From positions 9,424,001-9,488,000 of the forward strand of contig JBHGNT010000008.1 of the NCBI GenBank assembly GCA_043228905.1: a stretch of DNA of 64,000 nucleotides. Reading direction: 5' to 3'. The notes under the pieces were generated by a model that ran no database searches, was not told the DNA's origin, and saw nothing but the letters and a program-made list of their open reading frames with translations. The translations under genes were made by a program, and so were the position numbers. Below, one piece after another: positions 11,048-23,100 of this stretch (positions are counted from its first letter, which is position 1; each line of letters starts with the position of its first letter). Origin of the DNA: Azolla caroliniana. Its lineage: Eukaryota; Plantae; Polypodiophyta.

Positions 11048-14000
11048 TCACTTCGGCATGGGATGTCTCTCCAATCCGATCCTCTTCCGGCATGCTTCTA
11101 GCTTGTCGGGTGTGAGCACTTTGGTCAGCATATCTGACCCGTTCTCGTCCGTGTGGATCTTCGTCAACACGAACTCCTGGTCTTCTATCCTTTCCCGGAT
11201 CCAGTGATATCTTCGCTGGATGTGCTTCGTCCGGGAGTGATAGGCCGCGTTCTTCGCAAGGTGGATGGCACTCTGACTGTCGCAGTAGAGTCGGTACTCC
11301 TCCTGCCGGATACCGAGCTCTCTAATGAAGTCCTTCATCCATATTATTTCCTTGCCGGCTTCAACAGCCGCCATGTACTCCGCCTCCGTGGTTGACAACG
11401 CAACCGTCTTCTGCAGCCTCGACTGCCACGAAACAGCTCCCCCTGCATACGTCATCACATACCCTGATGTGGACCGGCTGGTATCTGCATCAGCCGACAT
11501 ATCCGAATCGGTAAATCCATCGAGTTCGGGCTTACCGGAGCCGAATCGGAGGCACACGTTTGCCGTGCCCTTCAGGTATCGGAGTGTCCATTTGACCGCG
11601 TTCCAGTGCTCCTTGCCGGGGTTACTCATGTACCGGCTCACCACTCCGACTGCATATCCTATGTCCGGTCTTGTACACACCATTGCGTACATCAAGCTTC
11701 CGACGGCAGAGGCATATGGTACTTTCATCATGTCCTCCTTCTCAGCCTTTGTCTTGGGACTTTGCTTGCCGGATAACTTGCAGTTTGTCGGGAGGGTTGA
11801 TCCGACCGGTCTTGCTTCCGACATGTTGAACCGTTGAAGCACCTTTGTCACGTACTTCTCCTGTGACAACCACAACTGCTTCTTCTTCCGGTCCCGGATG
11901 ATGTGCATCCCTAGTATTTGCCTCGCCGGACCCAGGTCTTTCATTGAGAAGGTTCGGTAAAGAGCCTTCTTCAGCATCCGTATCTTGACCTGGTCCCGTC
12001 CGACGATCAACATGTCGTCCACGTACAGGAGGAGTATTAGAGAGTCTCCTCCGTCGAACTTCTTCACAAACACGCAGTGGTCGGACTGCGTTTTGTGGTA
12101 CCCTTCATCGGTCATGAAGGAGTCAAACTTTCGGTACCATTGCCGGGGAGCCTGCTTCAGACCGTAAAGGCTCTTCTTCAACCGGCATACCAGGTGCTCC
12201 TTCCCTTTCTTCTCGAATCCTTCCGGTTGCTGCATGTATATCTCTTCTTCGAGGTCACCGTGAAGGAATGCCGTCTTCACGTCCATCTGTTGTACCTCGA
12301 GGTCCATGCTTGCCGCTATGCTCAGCACCGTCCGGATGGAGGTCATCTTCACTACCGGGGCAAATATCTCGTCGAAGTCGACGCGCTTCTTCTGCTGGAA
12401 CCCCTTCACCACGATCCTGGCTTTGTATCTCGGGGGGTTTTCGGCATCTCCCGGTTTCATCTTGAACACCCACTTGTTACGGAGTGCCCGTTTTCCTTTC
12501 GGCAACTCCACAAGTTCATATGTGTGGTTCTCATGCAGGGAATCCATCTCGTCCTGCATGGCACTCAACCACCTGCGGCTCTTGGTGTCATGCTTTGCTT
12601 CTTCAAAGCTCTCCGGCTCCCCTTCATCGGTTAGCAGCACGTGCTCTGGTTCCGGAAATCTCCAGGGGGCCCTTCTCTCTCTTAGAGGATATCTCCGTTC
12701 CGGAGCTTCGGTAACCGGTTCTTCCGATTCTTCTTCATCCGAATCCATTTCGGGATCGGGGCCGGTTCCGGTATCATTTTCATCTTCTTCGGCCGGTTCT
12801 GTTTCTTCACCGTCTTCGGCCGGATCTTCGAGTGTTAACCGGTCCCTTGCCGGTCGGGACTGCTCCTCGTAGAGTTGATTCTCACCGGTCGACTTGGAGC
12901 TCTTCATCTTTTTCTCCGACTCCCAGTCGGCGAGTGTCTTGTCCTCCATGAAGATGATATCTCGACTCCTGAATATCTTCTTGTCGACCGGGTCCCATAC
13001 TCGGTAGCCGAACTCGTCATCACCGTAACCGAGGAATATGCATGGCCGGGTCTTTGGATCTAGCTTTCCTCTCCGGTCCTTTGCCACATGCACGTATGCG
13101 AGACACCCGAACACCTTCAGATGCCGGTAGGAAACTTCCCTACCGGTCCACACTCTCTGCGGCGTGTCTCCGTCCAAAGGTACTGAGGGTGATCTGTTAA
13201 TCACGTATGTCGCCGTCGACATTGCCTCAGCCCAAAACCCCTTGGGTAATTTCGCATGCGCCAGCATACTCCGGACCCTCTCCATTATGGTCCGGTTCAT
13301 CCTCTCGGCCAGCCCGTTCAGTTCCGGCGTCTTCGGCACTGTAAACTCGAGCCGGATTCCCTTCGAGCGACAGTACTCCTGGAACTGCCCCCGGTATTCC
13401 CCTCCGTTATCCGCTCGTATCGCTTTCAGCTCCTTGCCGGATTCTCTTTCCACTCTCGCGTGGAGTTCTTTGAAGACGGACAATACTTGGTCCTTTGTCT
13501 TCAACGGTGCCGTCCACAGCTTCCGGTTGTGGTCATCAATGAATGTTACGAAGTACAGGGCTCCGCCATGTGACTTCGTTTCTACCTGACACACATCAGT
13601 ATGCACCAACTCCAATGGTGCGCTACGTCTCGTCGGTGGCCTTGAGTGGAAGGAGGCTCGGTTCTGCTTACCGGCCAGGCAGTCGGTGCACTTCTCCAGG
13701 TGCACATGCTTCACTGGAATGAGGTTGTCATCTGCAAGCCTCTTCATCCCCTTCTCACTCATGTGGCACAGTCTCTTGTGCCACAGCTCACCGGCAGTGT
13801 CAGCTGCCACGTTCAGCTCCTCCGGACATAGCCGGGAATTCATCAGGTACAGTGTGTTGACTTTCCGGGCCCGAGCCACTATCAGACTCCCCTTGCTGAA
13901 CTTCATGACACCGTTCCGGATGCTACCCGTGTAGCCTTCATCGTCTAGCCTCCCAGCCGAAATCAGGTTCAATCGAACCTCCGGAACGTGTCGAACATCC

Positions 14001-15121
14001 TTCAGCAGCATTTTGCATCCGGTTGATGTCATCAGCCACACGTCTCCTATGCCGGCAATCCGGCACGTACCTTCATTTCCCATCCGGACACAGCCATGCT
14101 CACCGGCTGTGTAGGATGAGAAGTATTTCTTCTCCGGGGTCAGGTGGAACGACGCTCCGGAATCGACCACCCAGGTCATCTCTTCTCCGGCAAGGTTCAG
14201 CTCCCTCTCTTCGGTAATGAGCATTATCTCTTCTTCACTTGCCGCGAGTGCCGTCGTTCCTTTCCGGTCCTGCCCTCGCCGATCCGGACCTCTCCGGTCC
14301 GTGGCTCCCCGGTATGCACCGTTTCGCTCCGGTGACTTCTTCGAATCGGTGTCGTCGGCTCCGTTGTCTTTTCGATAATGCCGACAATTCTTCCGGAAGT
14401 GCCCCGGCTTCCCACAGTGGAAGCATGTGGGCCTTCCTCTTGACTGCGACCGGGTCCCCGACTTCTCCCGTCTCTGCGGACTCCGGTTCCATTGTCTTCC
14501 CCGTTCCGATTCGGTAAGCAGCGCCTTCGAGTCGGAGGCCGGTTCTTTATCTCTCCGACGCGCTTCTTCGTTCAAAATACTTGTCTTTACCGTTTGTAGA
14601 GACAAGTTATCTTCGGTGCAGGAGGTGCTAAGAGTCACTACCAAGTTCTCCCAGCTTTCCGGCAATGTACACATCAGAATGATGGCTTGCATTGCATCCT
14701 CCAACGGGAACTTGATCGCCGCAAGCTGGTTCACGAATCCCATGAACGTGCTTACGTGTTCCACCATGCTCTCGCCGTCACGGTACTTGAGGTTCACTAT
14801 CTTCCTCATCAGGGAGGTCCGGTTCAACGCATTCTTCCTCTCGTAGAGGCCCGACAGCTTCCGCCACATCTCATATGCGTTGGTGTCGTTCGCCACATGT
14901 TGTAGAACGCTCACGTCGACGTATTGCCGAATGGTTGCAACGGCTTTCCGGTTCAGAAGCCTCCATTCCGTCTCAAGTACCCCCTTGGGTATTTCCGACC
15001 TGTCGATCGGTTCATACAGATCCCGAACAATGAGCAGGTCCTCCATCTTTATCTTCCAGTCGGCGTAGTTCTGCGCATTCAGCACCATCATCCCCGGCTG
15101 CCCGCTGCCGCCGCCTTCCAT
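11048..15121 (-). CDS. Copia Gag-Pol polyprotein (gag, CCHC zinc knuckle, protease, integrase, RT, RNase H), 1357 aa from the first ATG after the PBS
   Basis: Single ORF (track 11048..15232); CFHCGKPGHFRKNC, VVDSGASFH, WHKRLCH..CTDC, DNGGEY, LYVDDML, GFTDSD, TKHIQRRYHW. Confidence 0.97.
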   Translation of the reverse strand: MEGGGSGQPGMMVLNAQNYADWKIKMEDLLIVRDLYEPIDRSEIPKGVLETEWRLLNRKAVATIRQYVDVSVLQHVANDTNAYEMWRKLSGLYERKNALNRTSLMRKIVNLKYRDGESMVEHVSTFMGFVNQLAAIKFPLEDAMQAIILMCTLPESWENLVVTLSTSCTEDNLSLQTVKTSILNEEARRRDKEPASDSKALLTESERGRQWNRSPQRREKSGTRSQSRGRPTCFHCGKPGHFRKNCRHYRKDNGADDTDSKKSPERNGAYRGATDRRGPDRRGQDRKGTTALAASEEEIMLITEERELNLAGEEMTWVVDSGASFHLTPEKKYFSSYTAGEHGCVRMGNEGTCRIAGIGDVWLMTSTGCKMLLKDVRHVPEVRLNLISAGRLDDEGYTGSIRNGVMKFSKGSLIVARARKVNTLYLMNSRLCPEELNVAADTAGELWHKRLCHMSEKGMKRLADDNLIPVKHVHLEKCTDCLAGKQNRASFHSRPPTRRSAPLELVHTDVCQVETKSHGGALYFVTFIDDHNRKLWTAPLKTKDQVLSVFKELHARVERESGKELKAIRADNGGEYRGQFQEYCRSKGIRLEFTVPKTPELNGLAERMNRTIMERVRSMLAHAKLPKGFWAEAMSTATYVINRSPSVPLDGDTPQRVWTGREVSYRHLKVFGCLAYVHVAKDRRGKLDPKTRPCIFLGYGDDEFGYRVWDPVDKKIFRSRDIIFMEDKTLADWESEKKMKSSKSTGENQLYEEQSRPARDRLTLEDPAEDGEETEPAEEDENDTGTGPDPEMDSDEEESEEPVTEAPERRYPLRERRAPWRFPEPEHVLLTDEGEPESFEEAKHDTKSRRWLSAMQDEMDSLHENHTYELVELPKGKRALRNKWVFKMKPGDAENPPRYKARIVVKGFQQKKRVDFDEIFAPVVKMTSIRTVLSIAASMDLEVQQMDVKTAFLHGDLEEEIYMQQPEGFEKKGKEHLVCRLKKSLYGLKQAPRQWYRKFDSFMTDEGYHKTQSDHCVFVKKFDGGDSLILLLYVDDMLIVGRDQVKIRMLKKALYRTFSMKDLGPARQILGMHIIRDRKKKQLWLSQEKYVTKVLQRFNMSEARPVGSTLPTNCKLSGKQSPKTKAEKEDMMKVPYASAVGSLMYAMVCTRPDIGYAVGVVSRYMSNPGKEHWNAVKWTLRYLKGTANVCLRFGSGKPELDGFTDSDMSADADTSRSTSGYVMTYAGGAVSWQSRLQKTVALSTTEAEYMAAVEAGKEIIWMKDFIRELGIRQEEYRLYCDSQSAIHLAKNAAYHSRTKHIQRRYHWIRERIEDQEFVLTKIHTDENGSDMLTKVLTPDKLEACRKRIGLERHPMPK

Positions 15122-15136
15122 TTTCTGTGTTACCGT

Positions 15137-15149
15137 CGCTCTGATACCA
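15137..15149 (-). promoter_or_regulatory. Primer binding site (tRNA-iMet) of copia C
   Basis: TGGTATCAGAGCG, 3 nt from the 5' LTR. Confidence 0.92.
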
Positions 15150-15152
15150 CTT

Positions 15153-15835
15153 TGTTGAACACCGCGCTCGGCCACAACCGAGAAATAGGATCCAATCACA
15201 GAAAACAGGAAATACGAAATGCTCCAAAACAATAGAGAGAAGAGTACACAGTATGTTTTACGTGGAAAACCCTAAATGGGAAAAACCACGTGAGTCCTCA
15301 AACTCCAACTCACACTATACACAGAGATGTACAATGGTGAAGCTACAAGGCAACAACCTTGAGCTCACTGTCTTCGCCACAGGCGGCGGCAATACACAGA
15401 GGCGTCGACCTCTTCCTTTCTCTCTCTCTCTCTCGGCTGCTCTCACTCCGCTCTCTCGGCTAGAACATAAAATGAGCAACAACAAGAAACTGTTTGCCCT
15501 AAGTCATATTTATACACATATGACTTTCGGGCTATTTACAAATATAGCCTCAAGGGCTCTTGGCAAACATATTCACAAATATGTCCCCGCATCCGGATCT
15601 CTCTCCGGGTACACTCATCATCCGGCTCCGTAGCCGGGGTCTTCATCATCCGGCTCCGTAGCCGGGTCTTCGTCATCCGGCTCCGTAACCGGGTCTTCGT
15701 CATCCGGCTCCGTAACCGGGGTCTCTTCATCCGGCTTCATGCCGGGTACTCTTCATCATCCGGTTCCGTAATCGGAACCGGGCTTGCCGTCATTCATCTC
15801 CGGACATCCCATCCGGAGGGACCGAAATCCCAACA
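15153..15835 (-). repeat. 5' LTR of copia C
   Basis: Near-identical to 10355-11037. Confidence 0.97.
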
Positions 15836-15840
15836 TAACC

Positions 15841-18800
15841 GACAAGCTCTTCGGGTATACCTCGTCGGTATAGCAGTCCCCGGTCCTTAGTGCTGCTGAC
15901 ATACCGTAATATTCGTTGCGCGCACTGAAGGTGCTCCACAGTCGGCTTTTGCATGAACTGACTTACCATGCCGACCGGATAGCTGATGTCGGCTCGGGTG
16001 ATGGTTAAGTAGATCAGGCTTCCGACAACCTGTCGGAACCGTTTCTCAGTGCAGGCCGGTCCGGAGTTGGGATGGAGCTTCTGGTTCCGGTCCAGGGGTG
16101 TGGAGACAAGTCGGCAATCCGTCATGCCGAACTTATACAGCATATTCAACACGTAATGTCGTTGTGAGAGCAATATGCCGTCGGGGGTCCAGATCACTTC
16201 GATCCCAAGAAAATAATGAAGGTCCCCCAGGTCCTTCATTTCGAATGCGTCCGACAACTGGGACTTGACGCGGTTGATTTCGGGAAGACCCGGTCCGGTG
16301 ATGACTAAATCATCCACATACAAGAGTATACATACCGGACCGTCAGAGCCTTGCCGGATGAACAAGGAAGAGTCCGACTTAGAGACAGCAAACCCCAGCT
16401 TACGCAACCGGTGCGTGATCTTCGCATTCCAAGCTCGGGGGGCTTGCTTCAAGCCGTAAAGTGACTTCTTCAGTCGGCATAACGCCGATTTGTTCATCTC
16501 AGATTGAAATCCGGGGGACTGAGTCATAAAGACTTCTTCTTCAAGCTCTCCTTGAAGGAAGGCGTTCTTCACATCCATCTGGTGAAGATGCCACCCCCTT
16601 GCCGCAGCAACCGCCAGTACCACACGAACCGTCGTCATCTTCGCCACAGGAGCGAAGGTCTCGTCATAGTCAATTCCGTGGGTCTGCGCGTATCCCTTCG
16701 CCACTAACCAGGCTTTGTACCGGTTAACAGAACCGTCGGCGTTGTACTTGACCTTGTACACCCACTTGCATCCGATCGGTTTACAGTGACGGGGAGGATC
16801 AACTAGTTCCCAAGTTTCGTTGGCATCGAGTGCCCGCATTTCTTCGTCCATAGCGGCACACCAATTTGAGTCCTTTGCCACTTCTACGTAGCTCTGCGGC
16901 TCACGCACTTCTGTCACCTTAGTCATGTACGCATAATGATGCGCCATGTATTCATTGTACCCATACCGCATGACGGGATCCTTCTGACGGGTTGATCGGC
17001 GCAACGCACCGTCACCTGATTTGAGGCCCTTCTTGGCCAGTTCGGTCTTCATTGCCGAAGATCTGCCATTCTCCTTTCCGGAGTCGGATACGCACCGATC
17101 CGACTCATCGTTGCCGGTTTCAAATTCCGGCATCTTCCTCTTCCCTTTCTCTTTGCGCGTGAACCGTTTCCTCGGTTCCTTGCGCGGGGAGAGCACGACA
17201 GAGTCTCCACCACTTGCCGTCTCTTCATCCGACTGGTCCAACCGACTCAGTCGCTCGTTCGGTCCACTCAACCGTAACGATTCCGGACTCTCATCTTGAG
17301 TTCCGGCTTCATCATCCTCTGCCAGGGCTAATTCAGGCTCACTGGCCTGATCTTCCGACATTGGGTCGGGATCGGAAGTCGCAGTCAGTACGGAGTATCA
17401 GGATGCCGATTCATCGAACTCGACATCCCGGCTAACTCGGACTTCCTTCGTCCGGGGGTTATAGCACTTATACCCCTTTTGCTCTTGAGCATAGCCGACT
17501 AGGATGCATTTTTCCGATTTTGCATCCAGCTTTCTCCGCTTCTGATCCGGCACATGCACATACGCTATGCTGCCGAATATCCGAAGGTGTCTTAAGTTCG
17601 GCTTGCGCCTGAAATACAGCTCATGAGCTGACACCTTGTCACCAATGCGGTTTTGTATGTAGACGGCCGTCCGGACCGCCTCCGCCCAGTAGATCCGGGG
17701 CATGCTCTTCTCCTCCAGCATTGCCCTTGCCGCTTCGACGAGTGTCCGGTTCTTCCTTTCAGCCACACCGTTTTGCTCCGGTGTGTATCTGCAGCTAAAC
17801 TCTCGCCGAATTCCCTTCTGCTACAAATAACCAGTGAATTGGCCGGAAAAATATTCCTTTCCGCCATCCGACCGAAGGCATTTGATCTTCCTCTCCGATT
17901 CCCGTTCCACCATCTTCTGGAGGCTCCGGAAACAGTCGAAGACTTCGCTCTTCCGCTCAATGAGGTAGATCCAAGTATGTCGAGTATAGTCGTCGATGAA
18001 GGAGACGAAGTATCGGCTCCCGCCAAGGCTTACACTTTGTGCCGGTCCCCACACATCTGAATGGATGAGATCGAGCTTGTTACGGCTCTGGTTCCGTTCG
18101 GTGGGGAATGGAAGCCGGTGTTGCTTCCCAAGTTGGCAGGCTTCACAAATTTCGGCTCTCTGGCCGCTGAACTTCGGCAAACCGAAAACGACTTGTTTCG
18201 TTTGCAGGTCTTGAAGCCTCCGGTAGTTGATGTGGCCTATCCGCTTGTGCCACAGGTCGATGTCCGACTCGACCTTCTGTCGTTTCGCGAACAGAGCGGT
18301 GCCAAAGTCATTGGTGTTGAGGATAAACATCCTCCCATCTCTACGCCCTTGCGCAATGACTTCGCCCTCATCCTCAATGAAGCACCCGAGGTGCGTAAAC
18401 CGCACCTGCATCCCCTGGTCGACAATCTGACCGACGGACACCAGGTTCTTCGTGATTGTCGGAACGTGTAATACGTTCATTAGCTTCCCTTTCTGTCCGA
18501 CGTGGCTTAGAGGGACCTCTCCGACATGCATGATTGGGTGAGGAGTGTCGTCTCCGGTTTCGACTACTCCTGGTTGATCCGGTTTCTCCAGAAAGGAGAA
18601 CCACTCTTTGTGGCTCGTCATGTGGTTCGACACGCCGGAATCAACATACCACACTTCCTCCGTTTTGGAAGTGGTCTTCTTCATTGAGTTTGCCTTGTGA
18701 TTCATCACCAAGGCTGGCCCCTTACCGGCCTTTCCGGTTCCGGATCCTCCTGATCCGTTTGCGTAGTGCGAGTTTTGTCGGCCATCCTTACCGGATTTGT

Positions 18801-19654
18801 CCGAATCGGCACGCTTTCTCCAGCACTCGCTTTCCATGTGGCCTTTTTTGCCATAGTACCAGCATTCCATAGCAGATTTGTCTTGCCGGCCTCCGGCACC
18901 ACCTTGACTCCCCCTGCTTGTGGAAGTCCCGGAACTGCTGTCGGCACACTCATAGTGCCTTCGTTCCTGCTCTTGCCGGCTGCCTCCATTGCGTGCCGAC
19001 CCACCTCTTCCACCACGCCCACGGAACAGATCCGTTCCCGTGTACAGCATTCGGCTGTCCGGGGATGCACTGGTAGATGCACCGGCGTGGTTCTCCTCTA
19101 CAAGGAGCATCGACTGTAAGTCGAAGAATGAGGGGGGTATTCTCCCTTGTACACACCGCAGTCCGGAACGCTCCGAACTTGGACGCCAGGCCTCCGAGAC
19201 ATACCTGCACCATCTCGTCTTCCTCTATGGTAACATTGATAGAGGCGAGCGAGTCGCAGATCTCCTTTATCCGGCCCATGTAGTCTGCCACGAACATGTT
19301 CTTCTATCGAACATTGCTCAACTCCTGTCTGAGTTGCAGCTTCCGGGCAGTGGTGCTTGCGGCGAAAACCTTTTTCAGGTTCCCCCAAGCATCCTTCGGT
19401 GTCTTGGCGTCACGGATGTGGCTGAGCAGCTGATCGCCGACACTGGACGCGAAGCAGTACATCACCCTGCTTGCCGCCTGTTCCCATACCGAGAAGTCCT
19501 TGTGTGCCGAGTCGGGCGCCACATCATTCGCTCCTTCGACATAACTCCAGTACCCGTGTCCAAGCAGGTACTGGTGCATCTTGTAAGACCAGGATGCGTA
19601 GTTGCTCCTGTCGAGCTTCTCCACCGGGAGCGACGTAGCCATGCCTCTATCCAT
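15841..19654 (-). pseudogene. Copia B gag-PR-INT-RT with a few stops and frameshifts
   Basis: ORFs 19304-19654 and 18950-19297 (gag, KLDRSNYASW), 17821-19110 (WYVDSGVSNHM, INT), 17398-17766, 15790-17361 (RT, LYVDDLV). Confidence 0.92.
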
Positions 19655-19748
19655 GTCTTCTACTGTGTCTGTTTTCGACCTGTTAGGGTTTTCTTCTCAA
19701 GAGTAAATGTCTGCAGCAGAGGTTCTCAACCCTCGCGCTCTGATACCA

Positions 19749-20155
19749 TGTAAACGTGAGTGTCTGCGGAAGCGTAAAACAGAGAACAACACAGAGAGAG
19801 AGAGAGAGAGAGAGGGACAGAGAGAGCACAACGTAATTTCAAAATTATATCAGGACTCAGTATACACACTGTGCTAAGTAGCACTATTTATACAAGTCCT
19901 CTTGGGACTGACAGAAGTACCATGTACTTCAATGCTCACAGGAGCATCTAACACTTACTACTAGACTATAGCTACCTAGTAGTCTATCCTATACTAGGCT
20001 TCCGATTGGACTTCCGGTTACGGATTGCACCCGGCCTCCACCGCTTGCCGGTTCGGTTGCTCACCGTCATACCGATCCGTTTCGCCCGATCCGTCTCGCT
20101 TATCGGCTCCGGCTTATTCAGTCAATCCGGCTCCGGTTGAGCTTGCCGCTCAACA
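19749..20155 (-). repeat. 5' LTR of copia B
   Basis: TGTAAACGTGAG...CTCAACA; PBS at 19735-19748. Confidence 0.92.
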
Positions 20156-20160
20156 TCCTC

Positions 20161-23100
20161 CTTACTGGCTTGGTGGTAGCCGTTGTCTTCACCGGTTGCC
20201 GTTATGGTTGGCCTGCCGGTGTCTGATTCGGTGGCTACCCTTCGTTCAAATGGGTTCTTAGTCATAGGTCCTTTGTCTGGTTTTAATCTAAATCCGTTGA
20301 CCCATTTGCCCAGAACTTCTCCGGCAAGTGTCCCCAACTAGTAGGACCCATTGAACTCACGTGTGATCCAGTACGGTCCGGTCCATCTAAACCATAGTTT
20401 ACCTGGCATTTTGCCCATCTGGGTCTGGAACACGAGTACCGGCTTGCCGATCCCAAACATTTTTTCGTTTCCCTTCCGATGCTGATCTACAAATGCTTTC
20501 CGTCTCCGTTGTTCCAATTCCAGGTGCATAATGTTCGCCAGTCGGTGTTCTTCCAGTTTGCACAGAGCCTTTAACCGAATTGCCTCTGATTCCTTTTCGT
20601 TCAATCGTTCCCGAATCTAAATCCGTAAGCTTAGTACCTGGAACTCGACCGGCATGACTGCATCCAATCCGAATGCTAACCGGAACGGTGTTGTCCGGAT
20701 GCTTGTTTTGTACGTTGTCCGGTAAGCCCAGAGCGCACTGTGCAGCTTTGTGTCCCAATCTATCCGATTTTCATTGATGATCTTCCGGAGGATATTCTGG
20801 AGCGTTTTGTTCGTCGACTCAGCTAACCCATTTGCTTGCGGATAGTACGGTGAGCTTCTTTTATGTACCAACGCATAGAACGTCGTCAAACTTTCTACCA
20901 CCTGTCCAAGAAAGTGCCCTCCTTGGTCGCTTATAAGTTCTATGGGGCATCCGTACCGGCACCAAATGCATTTGTATAAGAATTTCACTGTTGACGCCGC
21001 GGTGTTGTCTCGTAGGGCTTCCGATTCCACCCACTTAGTGCAGTAATCCGTCGCAACGATCACGTACCGGTTGCCGGTTCTCATTGCTGGTGGTTTAAAT
21101 GGCCCGACGAAATCCAGCCCCCATTTTTGGAATGGTTCTAGTGGTAGGATTGGCTAGTGTGGCATCCGAGCTTGTTCCGTTGGCTGACCCATTCGTTGGC
21201 ATAGATCACACTCCGCATACCGGACTGCATCTTTCAATGTGGTTGGCCACCATAGGCTACTTTGCCATACTTTCCTTGCCGTCGCATCTCCGGCATAATG
21301 GCCTCCGGCGACTCCGCAGTGTGCCTCCCGTAGTATTACCTCCTTCTCGTCGCTGCGCACCATTGGTTGCCAGATACCGTCCGCACCTTTGTGGTATAGC
21401 ATGTCCTGTAATAAACAGAAGTGTTGGCTCTGTACCGCCAGGCGTTTTCTCTCATCCCGGTTCATCTCCTCCGAAGGCAATTCGGTACTCAGAAACTGGT
21501 GCATATTAGTTAGCCACTTATCTTCTTGTGCCACCGTTTCATCTGTTGCCGTTTCCGTGGTGACTCGAAAAAGCTCTGCATCCGGAAACTCGTCCGGTAC
21601 TCCGTCACCTGTCTCCCCGGAATCTAACCGGCTTAGATAATCTGCAACCGCATGTTGTATGCCAGGTCGGTGGAATATCTCGAATTCGAACTCTTGCAAC
21701 AACAAAGTCCATCGGGCCAGCTTACCGGTAAGTGACGCTTTGGATACTAGGTAGAGGAGTGCCGAATGATCCACATGGAAGGAGAACTTTCTTCCCAATA
21801 AATAATGCCTGAATTTTGTTACACTATAGATCATTCCTAAAGCTTCCCTTTCCGTGGTAGAATAATTTCGTTCCACTTGGGATAGCTTCCGGCTGGCATA
21901 GTACACTGGCCGGTACCACCTTGGCTCGGTAAGCTGCATGAGCGCACTGCCGATTGCGATATCGGAAGCGTCCACGAACACATGAAACTCTTTACTCCAA
22001 TCGCGAGGCTGCACTACCGGTGCTTGTGACAATAACAACTTTAGTGTCCGGTACACCTTGTCTTCGATGTCGGTCCATTGGAACGGTGTTCGGTGTACTG
22101 CCGCATGCAGAGGTGTAGCCAGGTCTGCCAAATATCGGAGCATACGGCTATGCCAGTTGATTTGTCCTAGGAAACGGCTCAATGCCTTTCTCGTTACCGG
22201 AGCCGGTGCTTCCCGGATTGCTTTCACTTTGTCCGGATCTACGGCAATGCCTTCCTTGCTTACTATATGCCCTAGTAGCGTTCCGCTGGACACTCCAAAT
22301 ACACACTTCGCCGGATTCAAGCTTAGCCGGTACGCCCTACACTTCTGTAGACATAGTCTGAGATGCTGCAAATGATCTTCTTCTCTACTATAGACGACGA
22401 AGTCATCAAGGAACAACTGCATAAAAGCCGGTATGTATTCGCCAAAGATCTCCATGATGATCCGTTGGAATGTTGCTGGTGTCGTTTTCAGCCCGAACAT
22501 CATCACCACCGCAACAAACACTCCCCATTCGGTGACGAAAGCCATTTTCTCTTGATCCTCAGGTTGCATCTAGATCTGATTATACCCGCTGAATCTGTCT
22601 AAGAAACTGTAGGCCGGCGACGGCATCCAAAACTGCATCCGTAAACAGAAGTGGAAATGCATCCGTTACCGTTGACGCATTGAGCTTCCGGTAGTCGACA
22701 CAAACTCTAATTTTTCCGTTCTTTTTCGGTATGACTACAATCGGGCTCAGCCATGTAGATTTCTTTACGGGACGGATGAAGCCGACCCTCAGTAATTTGT
22801 CGATCTCCTCCTTGACTTTGGCGGCGTAGTTTGGGTTCATCCGGTACCGACGCTGTGCTACCAGCTTGGCGTCTTTGCTCAGATGTATCTGGTGCTTATA
22901 CAAATGAGGATCCAAGCCTCTCATATCCTCGTACGACCAGGCAAAGACGTCGCGAAACTCGTTGAGGAGTGTAATTATTGCCATTTTGTTCTCTGCATTC
23001 ATTTCTTTGGCGATGTGCACCGGTTTTACCTCCTCTGTCGTTCCTAGATTTACCTCTTCTAATTGGGATGCTTTTACACGTTGGGATACGACCATTTCCC

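Larger units (their letters stand above)
10355..15835 (-). mobile_element. Ty1/copia LTR retrotransposon C (Tnt1/Tork-like), intact and very young
   Basis: Two 683-bp LTRs (10355-11037, 15153-15835) with only about 2 visible mismatches; TSD TAACC (10350-10354 / 15836-15840); PBS TGGTATCAGAGCG; PPT AGGGGGAGTT; uninterrupted polyprotein. Confidence 0.98.
9075..20155 (-). mobile_element. Ty1/copia LTR retrotransposon B, interrupted by copia C
   Basis: LTRs 9075-9507 and 19749-20155; TSD TCCTC (9070-9074 / 20156-20160); PBS TGGTATCAGAGCGC abutting the 5' LTR; PPT TTGAGGGGGAG at 9508-9518. Confidence 0.95.

Noticed and set aside
15122-15232. N-terminal extension of the 1394-aa ORF (also 36846-36965 in D and 46085-46205 in E)
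   Set aside because: It runs through the PBS into the LTR U5; the first ATG after the PBS is the more plausible start.
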